Assembly: GCA_977017645.1 (NCBI GenBank)
Contig: OZ360247.1
Coordinates: forward strand, 21,018,001-21,082,000
Reading direction: 5' to 3'
Length of the DNA: 64,000 bases
Source of the DNA: Torpedo marmorata
Taxonomy: Eukaryota
Notes under the pieces: model-generated
What the model saw: only the letters and a program-made list of their open reading frames with translations
Told to the model about the DNA's origin: nothing
Database searches by the model: none
In this document: positions 47,701 to 62,700 of the stretch, piece after piece
Numbering within the stretch: the stretch's first letter is position 1
How the letters are laid out: each line of letters begins with the position of its first letter
Position numbers and translations under genes: made by a program

Positions 47701-50700
47701 GGGGAACAAATGTGCAGGGGAACATCTGGACAGGGAGAACATCTGGACAGAGAAACTGTTGGACAGGGGTGGACCAGCTGGACAGGAGGGACAACGGGAA
47801 AGGGGGACAGCTGGACAGGGGAAACAGCTAGTCAGGGGGAAACAGCTGGACAGGAGGAATAGCAGCTGGAGGGGGGAACAGCAACTGCACAGTTGGCACA
47901 GTTGGACAGCGGGAACAGATGGACAGGGGGAACTGCAGCTGGACAAGGGGGAACAGCTGGACAAGGCAAACAGCAGCTGGACAGGGGAAACCACTGGACA
48001 TAGGAACAGCTGGACAGGGGGAATGGGTGGACAGGGGTCAGCAGCTGGATGGGGAAAGCAGGTGGAGGGGGGAACAGCAGCTGGAGAGGTGGAATAGCTG
48101 GACAGGGGAAGCAGTTGGACAGGGGAAGCAGCTGCACAGGGGAAGCAGCTGGACGGTGGAGAAGAGCAGCTGTACAGGGGGACATCTGGACAGGAGGAAC
48201 GGCTGGATAGCGGGGAGCAGCAGCTGGACAGGGGAAAAGCTGGGCATGGGGAAGCGCAGCCCCAGGAGGGTGAATAAATGGTCAAGGGGACCAGCTGGAC
48301 AGGGGGAGCATCTGGATAGGGGAACAGCAGCTGGACAGGGGGAAAAGAAGCAGGACAGGGGCAACAGCAGCTGGACAGGGGGAACAAATGGACGGGGAAC
48401 ATCTGGACAGGGAGAACATCTGGACAGAGAAACTGTTGGACATGGGTGGACCAGTTGGACAGGAGGGACAACGGGAAAGGGGGACAGCTGGACAGGGGAA
48501 ACAGCTGGACAGGGGAAACAGCTGGTCAGGGGGAAACAGCTGGACAGGAGGAATAGCAGCTGGAGGGGGGGAACAGCAACTGCACAGTGGGACAGCGGGA
48601 ACAGATGGACGGAGGACAGCAGCTGGACAAGGGGGAAAGCAGCAGGAGAGGGTGATCAGCAGCTGGACAGGGAGGAAACAGCAGCTTGTCAGGGGGGAAC
48701 TTCAGCTGGACATGGGGACAGCAGCTGGACAGCGAGGGAACAGCAGCTGGACGGGGGTAACAGCAGCTGGACAGGGATAACAGCAGCTTGACAGGGGGAA
48801 CAGATTGTCAGGAGGGAACGGGTGGACGGGGGGCAGCAGCTGGGCAGGGGAAAGCAGCAGAAGGGGGGGAACAGCAGCTGGACAGGGGAATCAGCAGGAC
48901 AGGTGGAACAGATGGATGGGGACAGCAGCTGGACAGGGGGAAAGCAGCTGGAGATGGCGAACCGCAGCTGGACAGGGGGAACAGCTGGAAAGGGGGAACA
49001 GCAGCTGAATAAGGGGAAACCGCTGTTGGACAAGGGAACAGTAGTTGGAATGGGCAACAGCAGCTGGACAGGGAGAAACAGCTGGGCAAAGGGTACAGCT
49101 GGGCAAAGGGGAACAGCTGGACAAGATGGAACAGCTTGACAGGGGTACAGCTGGACAGGGGGTACAGCTGGACATGGGATGTACAGCTGCACGGGGGTAA
49201 ATGTAGACGGGAATACAGCAGCTGGATCGGGGGAAGCAGCTGAAAAGGGGAGAAGATCAGGACAGGGGGAACAGCTGTACATGGGAGAACAGCAGCTTGA
49301 CAGGGGAAACAGCTGGACGGAGGAACAGCTAGACAGGGGGAACAACAGCTGGACAGCGGCAACAACAACTGGACAGTGGGAACAGCTGGACAGGAGGAAC
49401 AGCAGCTGTACAAGGGGAAACCGCCGTTGGACAAGGGAACAGCAGTTGGAATGGGCAACAGCAGCTGGACATGGGGAAACAGCAGGTGGGCAGGGGGAAC
49501 AGCTGGGCAAGGGGGAACAGCTGGGCAAGGGGGAACAGCTGGGCAAGGGGGAACAGCTGGGCAAGGGGGAACAGCTGGGCAAGGGGTTCAGCTGGACAGG
49601 GGTTCAGCTGGACAGGGGATGTACAGCTGGACAGGGGATGTACAGGTAGACGGGGATACAGCAGCTGGACCGGGGGAAGCAGCTAGAAAGATAGGTAGAT
49701 GAGGACATGGGGGTAATGCTGGACAGGGGAAATAGCTGGACGGGGAACAGAAGCTGGACAGAGGGGAACAGCAGCTGGACAGTGGGATACAACATCAGGA
49801 CAGGGGGAAACAACAGTTTGACAGGGGAACAGATGGACAGGAGGGAAACAGGTGGACGGGGGACAGCAGCTGGACAAGGGGGAAAGCAGCAGGAGAGGGG
49901 GGAACAGCAGCTGGAGAGGGAGGAAACAGCAGATTGACAGGGGGAACTGTAGCTGGACATTGGGACAGCAGCTGGACGGGGGAACAGCAGCTGGACAGGG
50001 ATAACAACAGTTTGACAGGGGGAACAGGTAGACAGGAGGGAACAAGTGGACGGGGGACAACAACTGGACAGGGGGAACAACAGCAGGACATGGGGGGACC
50101 AGCAGCTTGACAGGGGGAAACAACTGGACCGGGGGAACAGCTGGACAGGGGAGAACAGCAGCTTGACAGGGAAAACATCTGGACTGGGGAACAGCTGGAT
50201 GGGGTCAGCAGCTGGACGGGTGAACAGCAGGACTGGGGGAAGAGCAGCTGGACGGGGAAGAGCTGGACAAGGGGAAGAGCTGGACAAGGGGAAGAGCTGG
50301 ATAGGGGGAACTGCAGCTGGACAGGGGGAACGGGTGGACAGGGGTCAGCAGCTGGACGGGAAAAGCAGGTGGAGAGGGGAACAGCAACTGGACAGGGGGA
50401 ACAGCAGCTGGACAGGGGAACAGCAGCTGGACAGGGGAACAGCAGCTGGACAGGGGAACAGCAGCTGGAGAGGTGGAATAGCTGGACAGGGGAAGCAGTT
50501 GGACAGGGGAAGCAGCTGGACGGTGGAGAAGAGCAGCTATACAGGGGGACATCTGGACAGGACGAACGGCTGGATAGCGGGGAGCAGCAGCTGGACAGGG
50601 GAAAAGCTGGGCATGGGGAAGCGCAGCCGGAGGAGAGTGAATAAATGGTCAAGGGGACCAGCTGGACAGGGGAAGCATCTGGATAGGGGAACAGCAGCTG

Positions 50701-53700
50701 GACAGAGGGAAGCAGCTGGACAGGGGGAAGCAGCTGGACAGGGGAAACATCAGCTGGACAGGGGGAAGCAGCTGGACAGGGGAAACATCAGCTGGACAGG
50801 GGGAACTGCTGAACAGGGGGAAAAGCTGGACAGGACGAAGAGAATCAGTACAGGGGGAACAGAAGCTGGACAGGGGCAACAGCAGCTGTACAAGGGGAAA
50901 CATCTGGACAGGGGAAACTGGACGGGGGGAACAGCAGCTGGTAGGAAGTGAACAGCAGATGGGAGGGAACAGTAGCTGGACAGGGGGCACAGCAGGACAG
51001 ATGGAACAACTGGAGTGGGAGGGGAACTGCTTGACGGGGAAAACATCAGCTGGACAAGGGGAACAGGTGAACAGCTGGGGAGGGTGGAGCAGCTGGACTG
51101 GAGAAACAGCAGCAAGACAGGGGGAGCAGCAGATGGACAGGGAGAACAGCTGGACAGGGGGAAAAGCTGGACAGGGGAAGAGAATCTGTACAGGGTGAAC
51201 AAAGCTGGACAGGGAGAACAAATTGGATGGGGACAACTGGATGGGGAAATATCTGGACACAGAAACAGCTGGACGAGGAACAGCTGGAAAATGGGGACAT
51301 TTGGATGAGGGGAACAGTTGGATAGGGGGAAAAGCAGCTGGACGGGGAACTACAGCTGGACAGGAGAAACCTAAGCTGGACAGGGGGAACAGAAGCTGGA
51401 CAGGGGGAACAGAAGCTGGACAGGGGGAACAGAAGCTGGACAGGGGGAACAGAAGCTGGACAGGGGGAACCGCAGCTGGACAGGGGGAACCGCAGCTGGA
51501 CAGGGGGAACCGCAGCTGGACAGGGGGAACCGCAGCTGGACAGGGCGAACCGCAGCTGGACAGGGCGAACCGCAGCTGGACAGGGCGAACCGCAGCTGGA
51601 CAGGGCGAACCGCAGCTGGACAGGGCGAACCGCAGCTGGACAGGGCGAACCGCAGCTGGACAGGGGGGACAAAAGCTGGAGAGGTGTAACAGCTGGACAG
51701 GGGGAAGCAGTTGGACAGGGGAGCAGTTGGACGGTGGGGAACAACAGCTGTACAGGGGACAACTGGACAGGAGGAACAGCTGGACAGCGGGGAACGGCAG
51801 CCTGACAGGGGAACTGCTGGACAGGGGAAAGCGCAGCCGTATGAGGGGAAGAAATAATCAAGGAGAACAGCTGGACAGTGGGAGCATCTGGATAGGGGAA
51901 CAGCAGCTGGACAGCGGGAAGCAGCTGGACAGGCGAAACATAAGCTGGACAGGGGGAACAGAAGCAGGACGGAGCAACAGCAGCTGGACAGGGGGAACAA
52001 ATGGACGGGGGAACATCTGGACAGGGAGAACATCTGGACAGAGAAACTGTTGGACAGGGGTGGACCAGTTGGACAGGAGGGACAACGGGAAAGGGGGACA
52101 GCTGGACAGGGGAAACAGCTGGTCAGGTGGAAACAGCTGGACAGGAGGAATAGCAGCTGGAGGGGGGAACAGCAACTGCACAGTGGGCACAGTTGGACAG
52201 TGGGAACAGATGGACAGGGGGAACCGCAGCTCGATGAGGGGGAACAGCTGGACAAGGGGAACAGCTGGACAAGGTGAACAGCAGCTGGACAGGGGAAACC
52301 ACTGGACATAGGAACAGCTGGACGGGGGAACGGGTGGACAGGGGTCAGCAGCTGGATGGGGAAAGCAGGTGGAGGGGGGGGAACAGCAACTGGACAGGGG
52401 GAACAGTAGCTGGAGAGGTGGAATAGCTGGACAGGAGAAGCAGTTGGACAGGGGAAGCAGCTGGACAGGGGAAGCAGTTGGACAGGGGAAGCAGTTGGAC
52501 GGTGGAGAAGAGCAGCTGTACAGGGGGACACCTGGACAGGATGAACGGCTGGATAGTGGGGAGCAGCAGCTGGACAGGGGAAAAGCTGGGCATGGGGAAG
52601 CGCAGCCGGAGGAGGGTGAATAAATGGTCAAGGGGACCAGCTGGACAGGGGGAGCATCTGGATAGGGGAACAGCAGCTGGACAGGGGGAAGCAGCTGGAC
52701 AGGGGAAACATCAGCTGGACAGGGGTAACTGCTGAACAAGGGGAAAAGCTGGACAGGACGAAGAGAATCTGTACAGGGGGAACAGAAGCTGGACAGGGGC
52801 AACAGCAGCTGTACAAGGGGGAACAAAAGCGCAGAGGAAACATCTGGACAGGGGGAAACTGGACGGGGGAACAGCAGCTGGTAGGAAGTGAACAGCAGAT
52901 GGGAGGGAACAGTAACTGGACAGGGGGCACAGCAGGACAGGTGGAACAACTGGAGTGGGAGGGGAACAGCTTGACGGGGAAAACATCAGCTGGACAAGGG
53001 AAACAGGTGAACACGGGGGAACAGCTGGGGAGGGTGGAGCAGCTGGACTGGAGAAACAGCAGCAAGACAGGGGGAGCAGCAAATGGACAGGGAGAACAGC
53101 TGGACAGGGAGAACAGCTAGACAGGGGAAGAGAATCTGTACAGGGGAACAAAGCTGGACAGGGAGAACAAATTGGATGGGGACAACTGGATGCGGAAATA
53201 TCTGGACACAGGAACAGCTGGACGAGGAACAGCTGGAAAATGGGGACATTTGGACGAGGGGAACAGTTGGACAGGGGGGAAAAGCAGCTGGACGGGGAAC
53301 TGCAGCTGGACAGGGGGAAGCAGCTGGACAGGAGAAACCTAAGCTGGACAGTGGGAACAGAAGTTGGACAGGGGCAACAACTTCTGTACAAGGGGAAACA
53401 TGTGGACAGGGGGAACAGCAGCTGGACAGGGGGAACAGCAGCTGGACAGGGGGAACAAAAGCTGGACAGGGCGAACCGCAGCTGGACAGGGGGGACAAAA
53501 GCTGGAGAGGTGTAACAGCTGGACAGGGGGAAACAGTTGGACAGGGGAGCAGCTGGACGGTGGGGAACAACAGCTTTACAGGGGACAACTGGACAGGAGG
53601 AACAGCTGGACAGCAGGGAGCGGCAGCTGGACAGGGGGAACTGCTGGACAGGGGAAAGTGCAGCCGGACGAGGGGAAGAAATAATCAAGGGGAACAGCTG

Positions 53701-56700
53701 GACAGGGGGAGCATCTGGATAGGGGAACAGCAGCTGGACAGCGGGAAGCAGCTGGACAGGGGGAACTGAAGCTGGACAGGGGGAACTGAAGCTGGACAGG
53801 GGGAACTGAAGCTGGACAGGGGGAACAAATGGGCGGGGGAACATCTGGACAAGGGGACAACTGGACAGAGGGAACAACTGGACAGGGGGACAGCTGCTGG
53901 AAGGGAGGGAACAGCAGCTGGACGGGGCACAGCAGGACAGGTGGAACAACTGGAGGGGAGGGGAACAGCTTGACAGGGGAAAACATCAGCTGCACAGGGG
54001 AACAGCAGGACAGGATGGAGCAGCTGGACGGGGAGACAGAAGCTGGACAGGGGAACAGCAGATGGACAGGGAGAACAGCTGGACAGGGGGAACAGAATCT
54101 GTACAGGGGGAACAAATGGGCTGGGGTCACCTGGAAGGGTAAATATCTAGAAACAGGAACAGCTGGAAAGAGGGAACAGTTGGACGAGGGTGAAAGTTAG
54201 ACATGGGGACAGGAGCTGGACAGGGGGGTAAGCAGCAGGAGAGGGCGAACCGCAGCTGGACAGGGCGAACAGCTAGACAGGGGAACAGCTGGACAGGGCG
54301 AACAGCTAGACAGGGGAACAGCTGGACAGGGGAACAGCTGGACAGGGGAAACAACAACTGGACAGCGGGAACAGCTGGACAGGTGGAACAGCAGCTGAAC
54401 AAGGGGAAACCGCGGTTGGCCAAGGGAACAGCAGTTGGAATGGGCAACAGCAGCTGGACGGGGGAACAGAAGCTGGACAGAGGGGAACAGTAGTTGGACA
54501 GTGGGAAACAACATCTGGACAGGGGTATACAGCAGTCTGACAGGGGGAACAGGTGTACGGGGGACAGCAGCTGGACAAGGGGGAAATCAGCAGGAGAGGG
54601 GAGAACATCAGCTGGACAGGGGAACAGCTACATAGGGGGAACAACAGCAGGGCAGGGGGGACCAGCAGCTTGACAGGGGGAAACAACTGGACTGGGGGAA
54701 GCAGCTGGACAGGGGAAACATAAGCTGGACAGGGGAACAGCTGGAGAGGGTGGAGCAGCTGGACTGGAGAAACAGCAGCAAGACAGGGGGAAGCAGCAGA
54801 TGGACAGGGAGAACAGCTGGACGGGGAAAAGCTGGACGGGGAAGAGAATCTGTACAGGGGGAACAAAGCTGGACAGGAGGAACAAATTGGATGGGGACCT
54901 CTGGATGGGGAAACATCTGGACACAGGAACAGCTGGACGGGGAACAGCTGGAAAAGGGAGACCGTGGACGAGGGAAACAGTTGGACAGGGGGGAACAGCA
55001 GCTGGACGGGGAACTGCAGCTGGACAGGGGGAACATAAGCTGGACAGGGTCAACACCAGCTGTACAAGGGGGAACATGTGGACAGGGGGAACAGCAGCTG
55101 GACAGGGGGAACAGCAGCTGAACATGGGGGTAAGCAGCAGGAGGGTGCGAACCTCAGCTGGACAGGGGGAACAGCTAGACAGGGGGAACAGCTGGACAGA
55201 TAGAACAACAGCTGAGGGAACAGCAGCTGGACAGGGAGAAACAACAGCTGGACAGGGGGAACAACTGGACAGTGGGAACAGCTGGATAGGGGGAACAGCA
55301 GCTAAACAAGGGGAAACTGTGGTTGGACAAGGGAACAACAGTTGGAATGGGCAACAGCAGCTGGACAGGGGGAAACAGCAGGTGGGCTAGGTTAACAGCT
55401 GGAGAAGATGGAACAGCTTGACAGGGGTACAGCTGGACAGGGGATGTACAGCTGGACAGGGGGGAGCAGGTAAATGGGAATACAGCAGCTGGACCGGGGA
55501 GAAGCAGCTGGAAAGGGGAGAAGATCAGGACAGTGGGGAACAGGTGGACATGGGGGAAAAGCTAGAAGGGGAAATAGCTGGACGGGGGAAGAGAAGCTGA
55601 ACAGAGGGGAACAGCAGTTGGACAGAGGGAAACAACATCTGGATAGGGGGAAACAGCAGTTTGACAGGGGAACAGATGGACAGGGGGGAACAGGTGGACG
55701 GAGGACAGCAGCTGGACAAGGGGGAAAGCAGCAGGAGAGGGGGGATCAGCAGCTGGACAGGGAGGAAACAGCAGCTTGTCAGGGGGGAACTTCAGCTGGA
55801 CATGGGGAAAGCAGCTGGACAGCGAGCGAACAGCAGCTGGACGGGGAGAACAGCAGCTGGACAGGGATAACAGCAGCTTGACAGGGTGAACAGATTGTCA
55901 GGAGGGAACGGGTGGACGGGGGCAGCAGCTGGGCAGGGGAAAGCAGCAGAAGGGGGGGGAACAGCAGCTGGACAGGGGAATCAGCAGGACAGGTGGAACA
56001 GATGGATGGGGACAGCAGCTGGACAGGGGGAAAGCAGCAGGAGATGGCGAACTGCAGCTGGACAGGGGGAACAGCTGGAAAGGGGGAACAGCTGGACAGG
56101 TAGAACAACAGCTGGACGGGGAACAACAACTGGACAGTGGTAACAGCAAGACAGTGGGAACAGCTAGACAGGGGAACAGCTGGACAGGGGAACAGCTGGA
56201 CAGGGGGAACAGCTGGACAGGTAGAACAACAGCTGGATAGGGGAAACAACAACTGGACAGCGGGAACAGCTAGACAGTGGGAACAGCTAGACAGGGAGAA
56301 CAACTGGACAGCGGGAACAAGTGGACAGCGGGAACAGCTGGACAGTGGGAACAGCTGGACAGTGGGAACAGCTGGACAGGTAGAACAACAGCTGGTCAGG
56401 GGAATAACAACTGGACAGTGGGAACTGCTGGATAGGGGGAACAGCAGCTGTACAAGGGGAAACCGATGTTGGACAAGGGAGCAGCAATTTGAATGGGCAA
56501 CAGCAGCTGGACAGGGGGAAACAGAAGGTGGACAGGGGGGAACAGTGGGCAAGCGGAACAGCTAGACAAGGGGGAACATCTGGACAAGATGGAACAGCTT
56601 GACAGGGGTACATTTGGACAGGGGATGTACAGCTGGACAGGGGGAACAGGTAGACGTGGATACAGCAGCTGGACCGGGGGGAAGCAGCTGGAAATGGGGG

Positions 56701-59700
56701 AAGATCAGTACAGAGGGGAGCAGCTGGACATGGGGGGGAAAGCTGGAGAGGGGAAATAACTGGACGGGGGAACAGAAGCTGGACAGAGGGGAACAGCAAT
56801 TGGACAGTGGGAAACAACATCAGGACAGGGGGAAACAACAGTTTGACAGGGGGAACAGATGGACAGGGGGGAAACAGCAACTTGACAGGGGGGAACTGCA
56901 GCTGGACATGGGGACAGCAGCTGGACAGGGATAACAGCAGCTGGACAGGGAGGCAACAGTAACTGGATGGGGTGAATAGCAACTGGACAGGGATAACAGC
57001 AGCTGGGCAGGGATAACAGCAACTTGACAGGGAGGCAACAGTAGCTGGATGGGGTGAATAGCAACTGGACAGGGATAACAGCAGCTTGACAGGGGGAACA
57101 GATGGACAGGAGGGAGCGGGTGGACGGGGACAGCAGCTGGGCAGGGGGAAAGCAGCAGGACATGGGGGACCAGCAGCTTGACAGGGGGAAACAACTGGAC
57201 TGGGGGAACAGCTGGACAGGGGAAAACAGCAGCTTGACACGGGAAACAGCTGGACAGGGATAGCAGCTGGATAGGAAGGAAAGCAGCAGGAGAGGGCAAA
57301 CCGCAGCTGGACAGGGCGAAAAGCTAGACAGGGTGAAGAGCTGGACAGGTAGAACAATAGCTGGACATGGGGAACAGCAACTGGACAGTGGGAACAGCTG
57401 GACAGGGGGAACAGCAGCTGATCAAGGGGAAACCGCGGTTGGACAAGGGAACAGCAGGTGGAGTGGGCAACAGCAGCTGGACAGGGGGAACAGGTAGACG
57501 GGGATACAGCAGCTGGACCGGGGGGAAGCAGCTGGAAAGGAGGGGGGGGGAAGGTCAGGACAGGGGGGAACAGTTGGACATGGGGGAAAAGCTGGACAGG
57601 GGAAATAGCTGGATGGGGGAACAGAAGCTGGATAGAGGGGAACAGCAGTTGGAAAGTGGGAAACAACATCTGGACAAGGGGAAACAGCAGTTTGACCGGG
57701 GGAAAAGATGGACAGGGAGGAACAGGTGGACGGAGGACAGCAGCTGGACAAAGGGGAAAGCACCAGGAGAGGGGGGAACAGCAGCTGGACAGGGAGGAAA
57801 CAACAGCTGGACAGGGAGGAAACAACAGCTTGACAGGGGAAAATGCAGCTGGACATGGGGACAGCAGCTGGACGGGGACAGCAGCAGGAGAGGGCGAACC
57901 ACAGCTGGACAGGGCGAACAGCTAGACAGGGGAACAGCTGGACAGGGGAAACAACAACTGGACAGCGGGAACAGCTGGACAGGTGGAACAGCAGCTGAAC
58001 AAGGGGAAACCGCGGTTGGCCAAGGGAACAGCAGTTGGAATGGGCAACAGCAGCTGGACGGGGGAACAGAAGCTGGACAGAGGGGAACAGTAGTTGGACA
58101 GTGGGAAACAACATCTGGACAGGGGTAAACAGCAGTCTGACAGGGGGAACAGGTGTACGGGGACAGCAGATGGACAAGGGGGAAATCAGCAGGAGAGGGG
58201 AGAACATCAGCTGACAGGGGAACAGCTACATAGGGGGAACAACAGCAGGGCAGGGGGGACCAGCAGCTTGACAGGGGGAAACAACTGGACTGGGGGAAGC
58301 AGCTGGACAGGGGAAACATAAGCTGGACAGGGGAAAATAAGCTGGACAGGGGCAACAGCAGCTGTACAAGGGGAACAAAAGGGCAGGTGGAACATCTGGA
58401 CAGGGGACAACTGGACGGGGGGAACAGCAGCTGGAAGGGAGGGAACAGCAGCTGGAAGGGAGGGAACAGCAGCTGGACAGGGGGTACAGCAGGACAGGTG
58501 GAACAACTGGAGTGGGAGGGGAACAGCTTGACGGGGAAAACATCAGCTGGACAGGGGAACAGCTGGAGAGGGTGGAGCAGCTGGATTGGAGAAACAGCAG
58601 CTAGACAGGAGGAAGCAGCAGATGGACAGGGAGAACAGCTGGACGGGGAAAAAGCTGGACGGGGAAGAGAGTCTGTACAGGGGGAACAAAGCTGGACAGG
58701 AGGAACAAATTGGATGGGGACATCTGGATGGGGAAAATCTGGACACAGGAACAGCTGGACAGGGAACAGCTGGAAAAGGGAGACCGTGGATGAGGGAAAC
58801 AGTTGGACAGGGGGGAACAGCAGCTGGACGGGGAACTGCAGCTGGACAGGGGGAACATAAGCTGGACAGGGTCAACACCAGCTGTACAAGGGGGAACATG
58901 TGGACAGGGGGAACAGCAGCTGAACATGGGGGTAAGCAGCAGGAGGGGACGAACCGCAGCTGGATAGGGGGAACAGCTAGACAGGGGGAACAGCTGGACA
59001 GGTGGAACAGCTGGACAGGTAGAACAACAGCTGAGGGAACAGCAGCTGGACGGGGGAACAACAACTGGACAGTGGGAACAGCTGGACAGGGGAACAGCAA
59101 CTAAACAAGGGGAAACCGCGGTTGGACAAGGGAACAGCAGTTGGAATTGGCAACAGCAGCTGGACAGCGGGAAACAGCAGGTGGGCAGGGGGAACAGCTG
59201 GAGAAGATGGAACAGCTTGACAGGGGTACAGCTGGACAGGGGATGTACAGCTGGACAGGGGATGTACAGCTGGACAGGGGGAACAGGTAAATGGGAATAC
59301 AGCAGCTGGACCGGGGAGAAGCAGCTGGAAAGGGGAAAAGATCAGGACAGTGGGGAACAGGTGGACATGGGGGAAAAGCTCGACAGGGGAAATAGCTGGA
59401 CGGGGGAAGAGAAGCTGAACAGAGGGGAACAGCAGTTGGACAGAGGGAAACAACATCTGGATAGGGGGAAACAGCAGTTTGACAGGGGAACAGATGGACA
59501 GGGGGGAACAGGTGGATGGAGGACAGCAGCTGGACAAGGGGGAGAGCAGCAGGAGAGGGGGGGATCAGCAGCTGGACAGGGAGGAAACAGCAGCTTGTCA
59601 GGGGGGAACTTCAGCTGGACATGGGGACAGCAGTTGGACAGCGAGGGAACAGCAGCTGGACGGGGAGAACAGCAGCTGGACAGGGATAACAGCAGCTTGA

Positions 59701-62700
59701 CAGGGTGAACAGATTGTGAGGAGGGAACGGGTGGACGGGGGCAGCAGCTGGGCAGGGGAAAGCAGCAGAAGGGGGGGGAACAGCAGCTGGACAGGGGAAT
59801 CAGCAGGACAGGGGGAACAGATGGATGGGGACAGCAGCTGGACAGGGGGAAAGCAGCTGGAGATGGCGAACCGCAGCTGGACAGGGGGAACAGCTGGACG
59901 GGTAGAACAACAGCTGGACAGGGGGAACAACAACTGGACAGTGGTAACAGCTGGACAGGGGGAACAGCAGCTGAACAAGGGGAAACCGCTGTTGGACAAG
60001 GGAACAGTAGTTGGAATGGGCAACAGCAGCTGGACAGGGGGAAACAGCAGGTGGACAGGTGGGAACAGCTGGGCAAAGGGTACAGCTGGGCAAAGGGGAA
60101 CAGCTGGACAAGATGGAACAGCCTGACAGGGGTACAGCTGGACAGGGGGTACAGCTGGACAGGGGATGTACAGCTGCATGGGGGTAAACGTAGATGGGAA
60201 TACAGCAGCTGGATCGGGGAAGCTGCTGAAAAGGGGAGAAGATCAGGACAGGGGGAACAGCTGTACATGGGAGAACAGCAGCTTGACAGGGGAAACAGCT
60301 GGACAGGGGGAACAGCTAGACAGGGGCAACAACAACTGGACAGTGGGAACAGCTGGACAGGAGGAACAGCTGGACAGGAGGAACAGCAGCTGTACAAGGG
60401 GAAACCGCCGTTGGACAAGGGAACAGCAGTTGGAATGGGCAACAGCAGCTGGGCAGGGGGGAACAGCTGGGCAAGGGGGAACAGCTGGAGAAGATGGAAC
60501 AGCTTGACAGGGGTTCAGCTGGACAGGGGGTACAGCTGGACAGGGGATGTACAGCTGCACGGGGGTAAACGTAGACGGGAATACAGCAGCTGGATCGGGG
60601 AAGCAGCTGAAAAGGGGAGAAGATCAGGACAGGGGGAACAGCTGTACATGGGAGAACAGCAGCTTGACAGGGGAAACAGCTGGACAGGGGGAACAGCTAG
60701 ACAGGGGGAACAGCTAGACAGGGGCAACAACAACTGGACAGTGGGAACAGCTGGACAGGAGGAACAGCAGCTGTACAAGGGGAAACCGCCGTTGGACAAG
60801 GGAACAGCAGTTGGAATGGGCAACAGCAGCTGGACAGGGCGAAACAGCAGGTGGGCAGGGGGGAACAGCTGGGCAAGGGGGAACAGCTGGGCAAGGGGGA
60901 ACAGCTGGAGAAGATGGAACAGCTTGACAGGGGTTCAGCTGGACAGGGTGTACAGCAGGACAGGGGATGTACAGCTGGACAGGGGGAACAGGTAGACGGG
61001 GATACAGCAGCTGGATCGGGGGAAGCAGGTAGAAAGATAGGTAGATGAGGACATGGGGGTAATGCTGGACAGGGGAAATAGCTGGACGGGGAACAGAAGC
61101 TGGACAGAGGGGAACAGCAGCTGGACAGTTGGATACAACATCAGGACGGGGGAAACAACAGTTTGACAGGGGAACAGATGGACAGGAGGGAAACAGGTGG
61201 ATGGGGGACAGCAGCTGGACAAGGGGGAAAGCAGCAGGAGAGGGGGAACAGCAGCTGGAGAGGGAGAAAACAGCAGATTGACAGGGGGAACTGTAGCTGG
61301 ACATTGGGACAGCAGCTGGACGGGGGGGAACAGGTAGACAGGAGGGAACAGGTGGACGGGGGACAACAGCTGGACAGGGGGAACAACAGCAGGACATGGG
61401 GGGACCAGCAGCTTGACAGGGGGAAACAACTGGACCGGGGGAACAGCTGGACAGGGAAGAACAGCAGCTTGACAGGGAAAACATCTGGACAGGGGAACAG
61501 CTGGACGGGGAACAGCAGGACTGGGGGAAGAGCAGCTGGACGGGGGAAGAGCTGGACAGGGGAGCATCTGGATAGGGGAACTGCAGCTGGACAGGGGGAA
61601 ACAGCAGCTGGACAGGGGGAATAGAAGCAGGACATGGGCAACAGCAGCTGGACAGGAGGAACAAATGGGCGGGGGAACATCTGGACAGGGAGAACATCTG
61701 GACAGCGAAACTGTTGGACAGGGGTGGACCAGCTGGAAAGGAGGGACAACGGGAAAGGGGGACAGCTGGACAGGGGAAACAGCTGGACAGGAGGAATAAC
61801 AGCTGGAGGGGGGGAACAGCAACTGCACAGTGGGCACAGTTGGACAGCGGGAACAGATGGACGGGGGAACTGCAGTTGGACGAGGGGGAACAGCTGGACA
61901 AGGCGAACAGCAGCTGGACAGGGGAAACCACTGGACATAGGAACAGCTGGACTGGGGGAACGGGTGGACAGGGGTCAGCAGCTGGACGGGAAAGCAGGTG
62001 GAGAGGGGGAACAGCAACTGGACAGGGGGAACAGCAGCTGGAGAGGTGGAATAGCTGGACAGGGGAAGCAGTTGGACGGGGAAGCAGCTGGACGGTGGTG
62101 AAGAGCAGCTATACAGGGGGACATCTGGACAGGACGAACGGCTGGATAGCGGGGAGCAGCAGCTGGACAGGGGAAAAGCTGGGCATGGGGAAGCGCAGCT
62201 GGAGGAGAGTGAATAAATGGTCAAGGGGACCAGCTGGACAGGGGGAGCATCTGGATAGGGGAACAGCAGCTGGACAGGGGGAAGCAGCTGGACAGGGGAA
62301 ACATCAGCTGGACAGGGGAAACATCAGCTGGACAGGGGGAACTGCTGAACAGGGGGAAAAGCTGGACAGGACGAAGACAATCAGTACAGGGGGAACAGAA
62401 GCTGGACAGGGGCAACAGCAGCTGTACAAGGGGAAACATCTGGACAGGGGAAACTGGACGGGGGGAACAGCAGCTGTTAGGAAGTGAACAGCAGATGGAA
62501 GGGAGGGAACATTAGCTGGACAGGGGGCACAGCAGGACTGGGGGCACAGCAGGACAGATGGAACAACTGGAGTGGGAGGGGAACTGCTTGACGGGGAAAA
62601 CATCAGCTGGACAAGGGGAACAGGTGAACACGGGGGAACAGCTGGGGAGGGTGGAGCAGCTGGACTGGAGAAACAGCAGCAAGACAGGGGGAGCAGCAGA

